Below are positions 50,201-63,631 of a stretch of DNA of 64,000 nt, one piece after another. The position numbers and the translations under genes are program-made. The notes beneath the pieces were generated by a model. It saw only the letters and a list, made by a program, of their open reading frames with translations. It was not told the DNA's origin and searched no databases. This stretch comes from Lytechinus pictus (lineage: Eukaryota), in NCBI RefSeq assembly GCF_037042905.1, contig NC_087252.1:3970001-4034000 (forward strand). The letters are read 5' to 3'. How positions within the stretch are numbered: the first letter of the stretch is position 1; each line of letters starts with the position of its first letter.

Positions 50201-51098
50201 GATGATGAGAGATGATGTGAATCTTGATAAATGTCTTGTGGACTGAGATGCGTTCAATGTCTTCGGCATCAGATCTAGATGTGAACTTGTTTGAAAAGCC
50301 AACATACAGAGAGCTTTGGGGTTGGCATAGACATTACTCCCATAAACTTTCAGGTAATCTCTAACTGATCAATACTGCAATCGCTAATATAAAACATGTG
50401 AATCATGACACAAATCTGGTGGACTACATGTATACTGCAAAATATACAGGTGACTCTACCAAGTCAAATCTCCAGGGACTACAGAAATGTAGTCTTTGTA
50501 AGGCAAGATTAAAGTTAGAGGATGTTATTAACACATGTTTTGCATATTCTGGCCTGAAATTCTGCTTGAAGTTGGTTGATCAGTCAGCTTAAAAAGTCAA
50601 CTTACGCATAATGCATGGTGTACTGTATCTATACTGAGATGCATTCATTGTCTTCAGTATCTGAACTAGATTGACATTGTGAACTAGATCTGAACTTGTG
50701 ACCTTATGAGAGTGACCATGTCCTTGATCACTCTTAACCATGACCAGATCTTACAACCTTCTTGTTATACCCTTTTCACATTCATCACTTCAGTTGTATC
50801 AAATCTGGATCAAATCTAGACTAAGAAATATTCATGTGAAACAATGATAGAGTGGTCATATATTCAAATGACTATTTCATCAGAGTTGTTACCAGTGCCT
50901 ACATACTGATCCACGGACACAGCCATTTTAAGAATAATTTCCTTCTTATATTTGACTAGATTGCAAGTACATGAATAGTCAAGTTAAATTCCAACCAGCT
51001 GATCCTTAATCTAGTCATTTAAACTACCACTAGTCTGTTTTTAAAGTGTACCTTGTAAGGTGTATTTGTCCACACACGAAATCCAGAATAAATACCTG

Positions 51099-51254
51099 GG
51101 CTCCGTAACACAAAGATTAGCGATCAATCGCTAAATGAACTGACCAATCAATATCAATGTTACAGGCGCATTTGGTTTAAAATCCTGACCAGGGACCAAT
51201 CAGTGTGATTATTTCATATTTGCAATTCATCGTAAACCTTTGTGTTACGGAGCC
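51099..51254. mobile_element. Harbinger-like MITE, family F copy 2, CTG TSD
   Basis: Perfect 17-bp TIR GGCTCCGTAACACAAAG/CTTTGTGTTACGGAGCC with CTG on both sides. Confidence 0.9.
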
Positions 51255-51899
51255 CTGATCATTTTGTTGATTTTTATACTATGTTCTGTCAAGAGATTTC
51301 CAGCTTTTTTATAAACATTCAACATAATGAAAAGACCTTTCAATTTGTTTCCCAGGAACATATTACAAGATATATATATATATATTTTTTACAGTGATAT
51401 CTGTCAATGTAGAGTTATTTCTGTTTAGCTTTGCAACACATATTGTCTGTAAGGGGAAGAAGGAGTTAAATTTGTTCATGGTACGTAGTTAACCCGTTAA
51501 ATACAGAAACCTCTAATCTCTGTACAGAGACCACATGGTATCCATCTAGAGGCAAATGGGTTAACTGTTTTGTTTTGGGGAAAAATTGTTTTATATGTAA
51601 TTCTGTGAGAATAAAAATGTTTAACAGTGAATGGGTAGATATCTTTTGGCCCCAAAGAGTCAGGTGTCTAATGAGATATAATCATAATAGTGAAAATATA
51701 TTGAAATATTGCACATTATCATTATCCTTCCTGAAATGGAGACTATTTAAAAAGGGCATCACTGAGTTTGAGTCGGCTGTACATAAATGATGACAGGCTT
51801 TGAAGAGAGGCTAATTCATCCAGCATAAATTTCATAAAATTAGATACATGTGGTCCTACCATCAGGTCAACCTGGCCCAGCATGTCATCTTCTCTCATA

Positions 51900-52300
51900 T
51901 AACGCCTCATCCTATTGGCTGTTCTCCACCTCCAGCCGTTAGCTTTGATCAATCACAGGCCTCAACAGATCCCCTCTAGGCCATGACTCAGGGGGGAAAC
52001 CTAGACTGCCTTCTCTCAGCTTGAGTCTCGGTGCAAGGGATCGAGCTCTCTTGATTGAATTCTGAAATTGTTTCTCATTCTCAGTTCGGCTTGCCTCGCT
52101 GTGCGTGTGTGACAGTTGAACGGTAATAGCGTGCACGATGGGAACCTCTACGTAGCAGACGCATGCTTGCCGATCGCTGTTTTCAGCGCCTTCATCACCG
52201 TCCTCGTACCCTAAAGCCGTGGATAAACATTGCCGTGTACCATTGGATCGATGGGAAGCTCTGGCCTGCTGCATGCCTTGAGTGTTCATTCATAATTACA
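51900..52300 (+). promoter_or_regulatory. Candidate promoter / alternative first-exon start
   Basis: Local rise in GC and CpG, ATTGG (CCAAT box) near 51914, Inr-like TCAGTT at 52081, and a downstream donor ATT|GTAAGT at 53023/53024. Confidence 0.35.
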
Positions 52301-53909
52301 CATTTCATCCAGTTTGTTTGTAAATTCTAGCAAGTTTGCAGATGATGTTTCCGCTATCATTCTGCTGTATTGGTGATTAGTTCGTGGAACTTTTTTGTTG
52401 CTTCAACAAGAATTTTCTTGATTTCATAACTGCAACATGTTTTGATGTATAATTCAAAGAGCTTGCAATTTTGATGTGCTTCTAGATGAGTTTCCATCTA
52501 CTCACATCAACAAACTTGACCCCAATCACTCTCAAGAGTAGAGGCCATTGTTAAATATTTGTGGAATCCATAGGACGAACTTGGCTGTCATTATCGACCT
52601 ACAAAGCAGTGGATAGTCATTATTATATACCTGTGCTAGCTGTAAGTCATATTGTTTGTCAATTTTACGGGAAGCTTGTGAATTACATCAAAGAACCTTG
52701 AGGTTCAATTTGTGCTACCATTTGGAGGGCATAAAATCTACACCAGTGAAATTGTAAAACTCCTTCAGAAGGTCATACATCATTTCATTCTCATGGAAAG
52801 GAATATTTCACTTTTTTGGTAACTAAGATTGAGGAAGTTTGAATTTTACCTGTGCAGTGTCTCGTAGTGGACGTATTTAAACAAGAGCTGAATATTTGTG
52901 ATTTTTCAATGAGATTTGTGCCCCAACATTACAAAATTGAAGGCTCTTGCAGGAGTGAGGACAGACAGGAATTTGTTTAGATTTGAAGTTATCTTACAGC
53001 TTGTTTACAACTTGTTTTAAATTGTAAGTTTTGAAATGAAATCGGATTTTAGCATAGCCAAAATTTTGTTAATGCTACATATATATTTTTTGGAATTTGC
53101 TTGGGCTTAGGCGTGCATTTGCTGTTCCTTTATAATTAATTCTTTCTTTGATTCACTATATGAATGAATGAACTGGTTCATCCAATTCATTTTTCAGTGG
53201 AGGGTTATTGAATATCTGTGTATTTATAATCTAATTCAAAGTATATTTTGCCATGTTTAGATATGTTAAACAGGTATCAACCTTTGTTATTTCAATATTT
53301 CATGATGCATTGTGAATAGTCATTGTAGTATGCAGGCCTAAATTATTAATGTTTGATGATAATTCTGATATTGATATTTGTGATTCTGAATTTTCAAACT
53401 CACAGAATGTACAAAGTATATTTTTGGAATTAACTGTCTCATCTTTTTTTGTTTATATAAGTGAAATACATGTAGTAGGGTTACTACTATCTTTTCCAAT
53501 TAGAAATTGATATTGAAATAGTGTATTAACTTCGGTAAATAGGTAAAAAGAGAGAAAAAAAATGGCCACACATTTATTGCTTCATCCATATCTGAGACTT
53601 TCAATTTTTCACATTTATGTTGACATATTTGAGAAAATGTTAACTGTCTCAAATTTAGAATGATTACTTCTATTTTCTTGCAATGTTATAGTCATATTGG
53701 TCTACTATTTAGTGTATAAACCAAAAAAAATAACATCAATCAAAATAATCAATACAAGAAAGAGGAAAGGAAAAAATGACAAACCAGTAATAATAATGAA
53801 CAGAAATGGAAATAACCTTGAGCACACTCGTTCTTTTGTGATACAATTAGCATTATATATATATATATCATTGGAATTTGTTTGTTCTCTTTGCTCTCTG
53901 TATCTGCAG

Positions 53910-54023
53910 AAATAACGAGATAAGAAATCAAGAATCGTCAAGGAATTACCGCAACCGCCCACTGACTTGCCCTTGGACTAACCAGCATCCAAACCTTGAC
54001 AAGAGAGTGGTAAAAACAATCAG
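53910..54023 (+). other. Candidate internal exon (114 nt)
   Basis: Long polypyrimidine acceptor TTTGTTCTCTTTGCTCTCTGTATCTGCAG and CAG|GTAATT donor. One open frame, phase 2-2 (NNEIRNQESSRNYRNRPLTCPWTNQHPNLDKRVVKTI), product not recognised. Confidence 0.6.
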
Positions 54024-57000
54024 GTAATTTGTTCATCTGTTTGTCCTTAGAGGAGACTGATACACAGCCTCATTTACCCTGCCATTTAAGCTGGCTTTTA
54101 ATCAAAGTTTTTTGCTGAATTATATTTTTGCCCGTCTGAAAGGGGATGCATGAGACAAGTTAATCTAAATTGAAATCTGTGCATCATTTAAACTAGGAGT
54201 GAATTAATACAAAGCCTAGCCATGATGCAGTTAATAGTAAGATACCTGTTTCACAAGAGTTGTACAGTATTAAGTGCATTTTGTTTGATTTGTGTGAAAA
54301 GAGACACTCATACAATGCTTTTTTATTTTAAAAACGTGTTAATAAAAATCATGTGACACAAGATCTTGAATAATGTTTTGCAATAAAGGGACTAAAACTG
54401 GATTGATAGAGTGTCTTTATTTTGTTGCTTAAAGATTAGGTTTATGTTAAGAAGTCTGGAAATTGGAATCCTCCACACTAATGTACTGTATTAATAGTTG
54501 GTATCAAAAAATTTGTAACATAGGTGAAATTAGACCTTGTGCAACATGGTTGCAGAAAGAATGGATTTTAAACTATTAATTACTGAACAATAATTTTCTA
54601 CTGCAGTATTTAACCTGGAGGCCTATATTACTCTGAAATGGGGGAAAAGGAATAGCAACAGGAGCAAAAAAAAAAGAATGAGTTAAAATTCCATACCAAT
54701 TATATAGTTGTAAAATATAGTCTACATGTACATTCGATTAGGGACCTTAGTCCAATGTTTCCAACACCATGATGTTTGTTACGCCTCAATTATGAAATGA
54801 TAGCATGAAATTTTTTTTTTCACAAACTAAAAAACAACAGAAATAGAAACAAAGAAAAATAGGTAAGGAATAACTAAAGTAACTTCATTTTAAAAAGACA
54901 GTCAAGTCATTCTGTTATACCTCTAGTAAGATGGTAGTTTTATGACCAATTAAAATGGGAAATTAGTAATTACAAGGCACTTCTAGGTATCTACTGTGTC
55001 ACGTGATAGGTTCTGTCTGTATAGTAGGTAATATTGGATATGTTTGAGTCAATGAAATAAGAATTTATCAACAAAGTCTTTAATCAACTTGTCTTATAAT
55101 TTTTAAGATGCTTGTTGAAGCTTCACCCTTGTTGGGTTATGGAAATATCCAATTTATTCTGTATAGGCCGAACAAAATTGTAAGTCGGGTTAAGATATTA
55201 ATAGCTTTGTATTACTTAAAAGTATTGAATTCAATTGAAGAACATAGGTTTAAATACAATTATATATTTATTTCAAGAATACACACGTATTCTTATAAGT
55301 TAAAATTCAATTTCAATTTTCTTTGTCCACTGTTACATTGAAATGCAGCATGAACACAACACACATATTTGAAGAGAAATTCAACAGTTATTAGCAGATT
55401 TAACAAGTTAAAAATCTTTTTAAAATATAAAATGTTCAAATTTCTACTATTAAAAATACCCTTTATCATTACTGGGCTTGTATTTCAGGATTTTTTAAAG
55501 GGCCGCTCAAAAAAGCTTTATTGGGTGGGGTTTAATAAAAAAATCTTAACTGTTCATCAATTACTGAAATTAATTTTCAGTTTGGTAGCATAAATTTCCA
55601 GAAATCTCCAATATAGGTCAAGACTCCCCTAAAAGTTTCTAGGTGAAGTATGTTTTTGTGATTTCCTTTCTCGGAGTTCATGGTTCAACTCCGTTCAGAG
55701 CGTTCTCAATGAGATAACCCGACTCCCTTTTCTTGCAAAGTGTTGGAATGAGAAAAACACATTTTCGCGATGGGGAAAACATCTCGGGTAAATTTATGAA
55801 GTGGATAACAAACAAGGGTAACTAGCATATTGGTCATATAAAAGGTAAACAGATTGGTGTAGTAAATGTGCAACAAGTTGGTCTAAGCAAGTCGAGGGAA
55901 GTTACCAAAAGAATAGCCTACACAAGTTGAAAGGCAATGGGTGACTTGCCCCAAAAATGTATTTGAAAAGCCCACAGGGGTTGTAAAAGAGCCCTTTCTC
56001 CCATGAAAGGCTCATTAGTTCATTGCAGTTCATTACTTTGACATTACAGAAGTAGGACAAGAGCCCTTTGTTAAAAATATGTATATTTTGCCTCAGTAGA
56101 AGTCTATGATAAAGCCTTAAGTTTCTTAACTTTTCACATTTTCTCTTCAAAAAGGGTAGTAAACTGACCATTCCAATGAAAAAAAAAGTCATCTTGAAAT
56201 GTTTAGTTGTAAATCTTTTTTCCTTAAATTCTTGTGCACCTTTAAATAAAAGTCAAATTTGACTCCTACTCATTATTGCAGAGAAAATAGTAAATCATTC
56301 TCCCAAATGGGACAATGTTTGATTTTTTGGATGAGAAATATAAAGAATATATTTTAATGTACATTATTATGAGTATGTTATATGTGTATGCATTTATCCA
56401 ATGCATATATACCTGTCAAGTTCTTCTTCATGAAGTGGAGGGAATATATATAGCATTGCTGTCAGGCCAAGTGTCCATCTGTTCCCAAGTACTTGATCTT
56501 GAACCAATGTTGAACGTTTGAGGTTGCTTTGAAAATAAACAATATCTGTGTAAGTGATGATAGTTGGTTTGGAGACCATCTTTCATTCCGCCTCGCCCCC
56601 TCCACCACTAGCTAAAGGCTGAGTGCGTCATCTTTGACTGGCCTTGTGTTGCAGGATTCTAATGCACATTGCTGTTGGGGGAGCAAAGGTATTGATGGGA
56701 CTTCGTGCTGTGGGGGTTGAAAAGTTGTTAAAACAATTAATTTATTGCGTTTTAAGATTTACTTTAATACCAACCTGTGGTGTAAATAGCTGAAACTGTG
56801 TGTCACCTTTGGCTTGCTTCGTGTGGAAGGATTTTAATGCACATTGCTTTTGGGGAAAGGTATGGGTATGACATTGATAAGGGAATAAGAATGATTTCTA
56901 TCTCTCTCTCTCTCTGGATTAAAAAGAGATTGTAATAATTTGTTTTTAAGAACTTGTAACTGATGTGTACAATGTCTAGGCCTATGGTGGGGAGGCAAAG

Positions 57001-57230
57001 TGTGTGAATAGTATGATTCTGAATAAATTTAAAAAATCAATATTTTCATAAAGGGTAGCTTGAATATTTATTAGTTTCTAACAAATTTGTTTTTGTCTTC
57101 AAAAACATCTTTTTGAAAGTATTAGGCCTATTACAAAACCCTAATGAAATGAGGCACATCAAGCTGGGATCAGAATGACAAATTTATTTTGTATGTAACT
57201 CAAAGTAGGTCTACATGACTGTATAATCTG

Positions 57231-57387
57231 GGGGGCGTTTCATCAACATTTTCGTCCGACAAGTTGTCAGATCTGACAACTTTCCTTGATAATGATTGGC
57301 TGAGAGTCACTGTTACCATAGTAGCTGTCGGATAAAACAGTACTTGTCGGATAAAACGTCTGACAAGTCCTTTCACGAAACGCTCCC
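57231..57387. mobile_element. Short Harbinger-like MITE, CTG TSD
   Basis: CTG|GGGGGCGTTTCAT ... ACGAAACGCTCCC|CTG, with internal TCCGACA/TGTCGGA repeats and TGATTGGCTG. Confidence 0.85.
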
Positions 57388-58345
57388 CTGATGTTTACTC
57401 ATAAGAAAACAAGAAAATTATAAAGTGTGAAGTGGTTATCTTGCTGGAAAACTCTTGTGACATGTTATAAAATGAAAAAAAAGGGGAAAAAAGTGATTGA
57501 GAATACATTGAAATCATTCAAATTTTAACATTTTTTTACCTACAAAAGTTATTCAAGGTAGTCAAATATAAGGTTTTTACTTGAGGTTTTGCATATATGG
57601 AAGCCCTAAACAAAAATGTTTAAAAATTCAGTGCAAAGAGAAATGTGAGAGTCTGGCCAGGTATTAGATATGGGGAAACATTTATCCTTATATTACATTT
57701 GTGCGAGTATAATGTGTCCCCCAAACATTTTACTCCTAACTGATTTGCTGGGAGGAAAGAATGGTGAAAAAGTGTCTGTTGATACCATATTTTATCCTTC
57801 AATAACCATGAACTGACAAAACCTAAGTATAACAATCCTCTCTTGTAATCAAATTACATCAAGGTCTGACAGCTTTTCACCATGTAAATTTGATTGTAGC
57901 CATATTTCATGCCATTTATGTTTCATATCTGGCTTTGTGTAGTTTAGTTTCAAGGCAGTATGATTTTTGTCGCTCTCTGCTTCCCCCTCCGGCTACATTC
58001 AAAATCCCAACTGACCTGGTCAGGCTTATGTAGGAAGGATTGTTGAAATGATAATGCAAGGGTAATTTTGCTCTATTCTGTTTAAAAATATATAAATAGT
58101 TTTAAATAGCATCAATAGGGTTAATTACAATTTAAAAACACACACAAATGATGAAACTTTGAAAGAACAAAATTGCAAGGTAGAATCTACTAAGCTACAA
58201 CCCACAGTACAGTCCTACACTCATCTTATTTCAAACAACCCTGTGCTCTTTCCAACACTATGTTTCGCATTCTACCCAACAACCTATCACATAATAAATA
58301 GCATATTGCACACCAAAATCCACCCTCCATCCCACATTCCATTTC

Positions 58346-58550
58346 TAGAGGCGGTGATTTTTTGTTTTAAAAAATTGTCTTTTCCGTTTCTGAAAATCTG
58401 TAATTCCGTTTCAACTTAATCTAAAAATGGAAATTCTGTTTTGTCACTGGAAATATACACAGCAAAAACCTGAATTCCGTTTTGCAAAGTATAAGAACCA
58501 AAAGGATTTTCCGTTTCTTTTACCTGTAAAACGGAAAATCACTGTCCCTA
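58346..58550. mobile_element. MITE with TAG..CTA termini and 6-bp TSD (hAT-like)
   Basis: CATTTC|TAGAGGCGGTGATTTT ... AAAATCACTGTCCCTA|CATTTC, with internal TTCCGTTT repeats. Confidence 0.7.
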
Positions 58551-58559
58551 CATTTCATA

Positions 58560-59320
58560 CCTTACCACACTCTTTTCCATACTCTATCCCCACTCCATCC
58601 TACACTTAATCCCATCCAACCCTCAATTCCTCCCATGCTCCATCTTACACTTCATTCATACTCTAACCCTCACTCCATCCCACATTTCACCCCACACTCC
58701 ACCACACACTCCATCTCACACTCCACCCCACACTCCACCACACACTTCATTCCACACTCCACCCCACACTCCATCCAACACTCCACCCCACACTCCACCC
58801 CACACTCCATCCTACACTCCACCCCACACCCCACCCACACTCCATCTCACACTCCATTCCACACTCCACCCACACTCCACCACATGCTCCTTCTCACACT
58901 CCACCCCACACTCCAACCCACACTCCACCCCACACTCCATCCCACACTCTATTCCACACTCCACCCCACACTCCACCACACACTCCATTCCACACCCCAC
59001 CCCACACTCCACCCCACACCCCACCCACACTCCACCCACACTCCATCTCACACTCCATCCCACACTCCACCCAACACTCTATCCCACACTCCATTCTACA
59101 CTCCACCCCACCCCACACTCCACCACACGCTCCATCTCACACTCCACCACACAAGTCCATCCCACACTCCACCCCACACTCCACCACACACTCCATCTCA
59201 CACTCCACCACACAAATCCATCCCACACTCCACCCCACACTCCACCCCACACTCCATCTCACACTCCACCACATACTCCACCACACATTCCATCCCACAC
59301 TACATCCCACACTCTGACTT
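58560..59320. repeat. C/A-rich minisatellite (about 15-bp unit CCACACTCCA(C/T)C..)
   Basis: Dozens of CACACTCCACCC/CACACTCCATC units. Explains the H/S/T/P ORF. Confidence 0.95.
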
Positions 59321-59764
59321 ACATTCTATTTAGACCACAGTTTTCATGTTTGAAATCATATTTTCATGCACAGGAGAGGTATTAATAATAAGACCACACA
59401 CACTTCAAAACCCACCCCACCCAACCCACCCTACCATATATGCTCCGACCCAACTCCACTCTCTACCAAGGGTTAACAACCTCAGCTTTGTTCTTTTTTC
59501 CCTGTAATTTAGGTTCAGGTTTACAATTAATGTGATGTGGAAAACATCTCCCACCCCCTGTTTATCTCCCCCCCCCCCCTCTCTCTCTTTCAGAGAGTGT
59601 GTTCAGATAGCTATCTATGGTGTTTTTAAGACTGCCTGAAATGCCTTTATGCACTTTTTGGCTATTCTGGAGGATATATGTAGTAGGATCAATTGCGAAA
59701 CATCATTTTTTCTCATTCACTTTTTGTTGTTGTTGTTGTTGAATATTTTCCCCTACTATTTCAG

Positions 59765-59784
59765 ATGTATCTAGGCTCATTCAG
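59765..59784 (+). other. Candidate microexon (20 nt)
   Basis: TTTTCCCCTACTATTTCAG acceptor and CAG|GTCAGT donor. Confidence 0.45.
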
Positions 59785-62092
59785 GTCAGTATCAACTAAT
59801 TCAGATAAATAACTAATGGGAATATCAGATTTATCTTAACTAATTCAAATTAATTTTGACTAATTCAGATTAATGTCTACTTCCCAGTCGCCACTCGATC
59901 TCTCAAAAGTATTATGAACACATCATTATTCTTGCCAGTTTGTTGCCCTATAATTTGGTATTTATTATTTCAATTTACCCGAAAGAACCTTGTAACATCG
60001 TAGGGGTGTACCACATATGGATCAGAATGTTTGGGGATGCATGCATGCTACTGTGATTACTTTAAAGCCAAAGGGAACATGAGCATGTAATTCATAAAAT
60101 ATCCTAGTCATGATGAAATGGAACCTTGCAAACCTTGAAATAATATAAAAGCAAAGAATGACTGAAGTGCATTGGACTTATTGGTAACAAATAGACTTGT
60201 CAGGTATGAACGCAAAGAAAACTCAACATGGATTGTTGGTATCATTGCCAATCAATGTTCAAGTTTACTCTATTTGAATATCATTTGCATGGATAGAGAT
60301 AAAATTTCACATTCAGTATTTTTTTTTCTACTTTAACTAAATGTTTGTACCATTTAGGGCCTAAAGTATAAAATCTAAGGAGGAAATCTAAACTTATGAG
60401 GAAAGAAGAAGATTCAATACTTTTTTTTTTTGGGGGGGGGGAGTATTTTGCTTAATATAAGATGGGCACGGGTGAAGTAAAAATGTTACTGATATTCTGA
60501 TTATTTAGCCATACCTTTACTGCCTGTGTGAAGTAATGGTAAATACAATGTATTATGGAGCTAATGGTATTAATATTTTTCGAACTATACTCATTCTTTT
60601 TTTTTGTCTGCTTCGAGAAAGAGCAAGTATTCGCTTTTCTCTTGTATTAATTCAAAACTATGTGGAATATTTTTGCCTCTGTTTTATTTGCCACCTCCCG
60701 TAACTATACTGCTTCTGCAAAGGTGAACAAAATCCTCCCATGGACCCATCTAAACCTGTTATTTCTTTCACTTGAGGCCTTTCCATTTCTTTACAAAGAT
60801 AGAAAAATCCATGTTTTGACTTCCTTTTGTTCTTTTGTTTCTTTGCCAGCATTCCTTTCAATTCCTAATCCTTCTTTCTCTTCCTTACATTAACTTTCCC
60901 TTCATTTCAAGAACACTTCCATGGTTTCCTTGCATGAGATTCTGGGGATGATTATAATGCTATCTGCTTTTTCTGTGGCTTATTTCACAAAAGGGCACCC
61001 CGAAGCTGCAAGAAAAATTACATTTTTGAACAATAGTCGATTTATATTGTGAGGTCGGTGAATCTTTTGTGCATGTGTGAGTAGTAATTTATTCAATTTA
61101 CTGCTCAAAATATTTTTGAAAACAAGATATCAAATGGGTTATTTTGTGCTTGATGATGAGGGGTGTTGCTGGGGGGCAAGAGGACACCCATGGTATTGAA
61201 TTAATTGGAGCACCTGTGTAATTCATGTAACCATACAAGTGTGATAACACATTCCTCCCAATATTTTGCATAATCTGCTTTATAATCAAGTCATCTCTGT
61301 TTAGTCAGGTGTAGTTTTTCATTTTGTTGTGATAATTGTATCTCACTATTAATTTTGATAAAAAGAAAGGTGAAATTATAAATGATTATTATTTTGAATT
61401 TATTTATAATAGTAATTCATAGAGGCACTCACACTATTTTCATAACGACGAGTAGTAGGCCTACATAAATACACTGTACAGAATAAGTCCTCCAAAAGAC
61501 TTAGTTATATCGTAACTGACATATCCTACAAATAAGTTTTACTTCATTGGATACAAAAAAACATAAGTTGTGAGCCCTATTTCTGTCTTTTACCCTTCTA
61601 TATACTTTGTTATGATTGATGCTTGCTTTTGAAATATCTTAAGCAACTCCAGTGTATATTACTGCATCTTGTAAGATGCTGTTCTTCATATTCCCCATGT
61701 CTTCTCTACCCAAATGAAATGTACTTTTTCCACACCCTGGGGAGGACTTTAGCCACTGTTCAACCAATTTTGCTGAACAATGGAAGTAGTACTTGCATCC
61801 TGAAAAGAACCCATTTATGCACCCGGGTGAAGAGGGGTATATTGGGATCAGTGTTTAGCGAAAATTTACATGAGGGGACAGGTGCCCCAGAAATGCTCAA
61901 ACAAGCCCTGAAAATTGATAAAAATAAGCCCCGGAATTAAGTGGGAAATTCTCATTCCCTGCAATGTTAATGGCAAACCATTGTTGTAGATATCAGGCAA
62001 TAGGTTGTCTAAAATAGCCCCCGAAATTGAAAATGTTGGTATTTAGCAGCTGTCTTGTATAGAATCTATCCTGCAGATTCATAGTTAAAATT

Positions 62093-62232
62093 TGGGGAGT
62101 GTTTCACGAAAAGGAACATACAATGAATTCTATTGACAACTGCAATATGTTACTGCTATACTTGCATGTGATTGGCTAAGAGCTAATATGTCGAGGAATA
62201 TCAGTCACAAGATACTAGATCAAACACTCCCC
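62093..62232. mobile_element. Degenerate short MITE, family C
   Basis: GGGGAGTGTTT ... AAACACTCCCC inverted ends, with central GTGATTGGCT. Confidence 0.6.
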
Positions 62233-63381
62233 AGTTCATTACATTATGAAGTCCGCCTAAGAGAGCAATATCCAGTCATCCATCATACCTTTGCAATATC
62301 ACATAGAGTGCATTGTTGATTTTAACACCTTTTTGTTAATAGTGTTTCTATAGTGAATGAAGCGACTTAGAAATGCTACTAAAAGCTCCCTTTCTCACTC
62401 TCAAGTTATTGTTGTAGAAAGGGCATAAACCATACTAAAAGCTGTCTATTATGTGCGTGTCACATTCAACATTCATCAGTGGTTGTTACTATTTCGTTCC
62501 CTTTTTGTGATGGTGGGAACTTTAGATGGAAAATAAAGGGATAGGATTTTTAGATGGATCCCTTATATGGATTAATGTGCAGTTTACCAAATAGATTCCG
62601 GGGAGATTTTAACACTTGGGTCTTTGATCGATTGTGACAGATTGAAAATTGTATTAGAATTCTATAGACCTAACGCATGTTGTTTGGAAAGATGACTATT
62701 ATTAAATATTATTTACTATTAGTAATTGTAGCCAATATTGAAAGACAAACCTTGCAAGATCACATAGAATTTATTAACTTGAAATAGGTCTACTGTGTAT
62801 GATCATATGAGAGTGGAATACCCTAATAAGCTACTTCACTCCTATTCTATATAGATTCATACATTGTATAATACAACTCCACTTAGTGAATATACATGTA
62901 GGCCTATAAACATTCATTTGGTTCTGCCCGTACTTGACCAAATCATAAGACAGGCCAGGCAGAGTTTTAATTTTTCAAGTGTCTGCTACAAAAATTGAAT
63001 TGACACTTTTTGGAATGTGAAAGGAAATAACCCCTGTGATCTTAACAGCTGGTCTTCATTATCTTTTTCTGAGGAGGAAAGAGGGAAGGGGGTGGTAACA
63101 AGAAAATAGTAAGGAAAACTAATAAACAAACACTCTCAACTAGAAAAATCAACAAGTCTTTCAAAGCAATGATGAAACATCTTCCTAGATTGTTGCAGAA
63201 ATCAATTAATATTGATTGTTAAAAGGCCAGTGGTTAACTTTAGGTTGTTACCGTATCAATTGATTCTTCTTTTGAATGAAGGGATACTGACCAGAGGTAA
63301 AGATGTAACAGTGGCCGAAATGACAGGCCTTCTTTTAAAGCTCCTTAAATCCATCTATTCACTGTGGATCTTTTTCTTCAG

Positions 63382-63631
63382 AGCATCCTTTCAGACACCC
63401 CCAAATCCTCCTTCAAAGAATTTTCGCTTTTATTAATGCGGGGAAGGAGGGAATAAAGAAAAAACAGAGAAGTCGAGTTAAGAATACGACTCATCTTCTT
63501 TGCATGATCAATTCCCAAGCCGCTCAAGCCCCGAAAGCCTGGACACTCAACCCCAAAGCTCCGGCCAGGGACATTCTCTATCCCTATTGTTCGGCCGCTT
63601 CTTAGGCCTTTCACCGCCCTTCAGAGGTGAG
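63382..63631 (+). other. Candidate exon (start uncertain)
   Basis: GC-richer segment ending in GAG|GTAAGA, with an alternative donor GAG|GTGAGG 5 nt upstream. Possible acceptor TCTTTTTCTTCAG at 63381. No full-length open frame from that acceptor. Confidence 0.4.

Noticed and set aside
58635..59333. 232-aa mucin-like H/S/T/P ORF
   Set aside because: Translation of a minisatellite, open in several frames.
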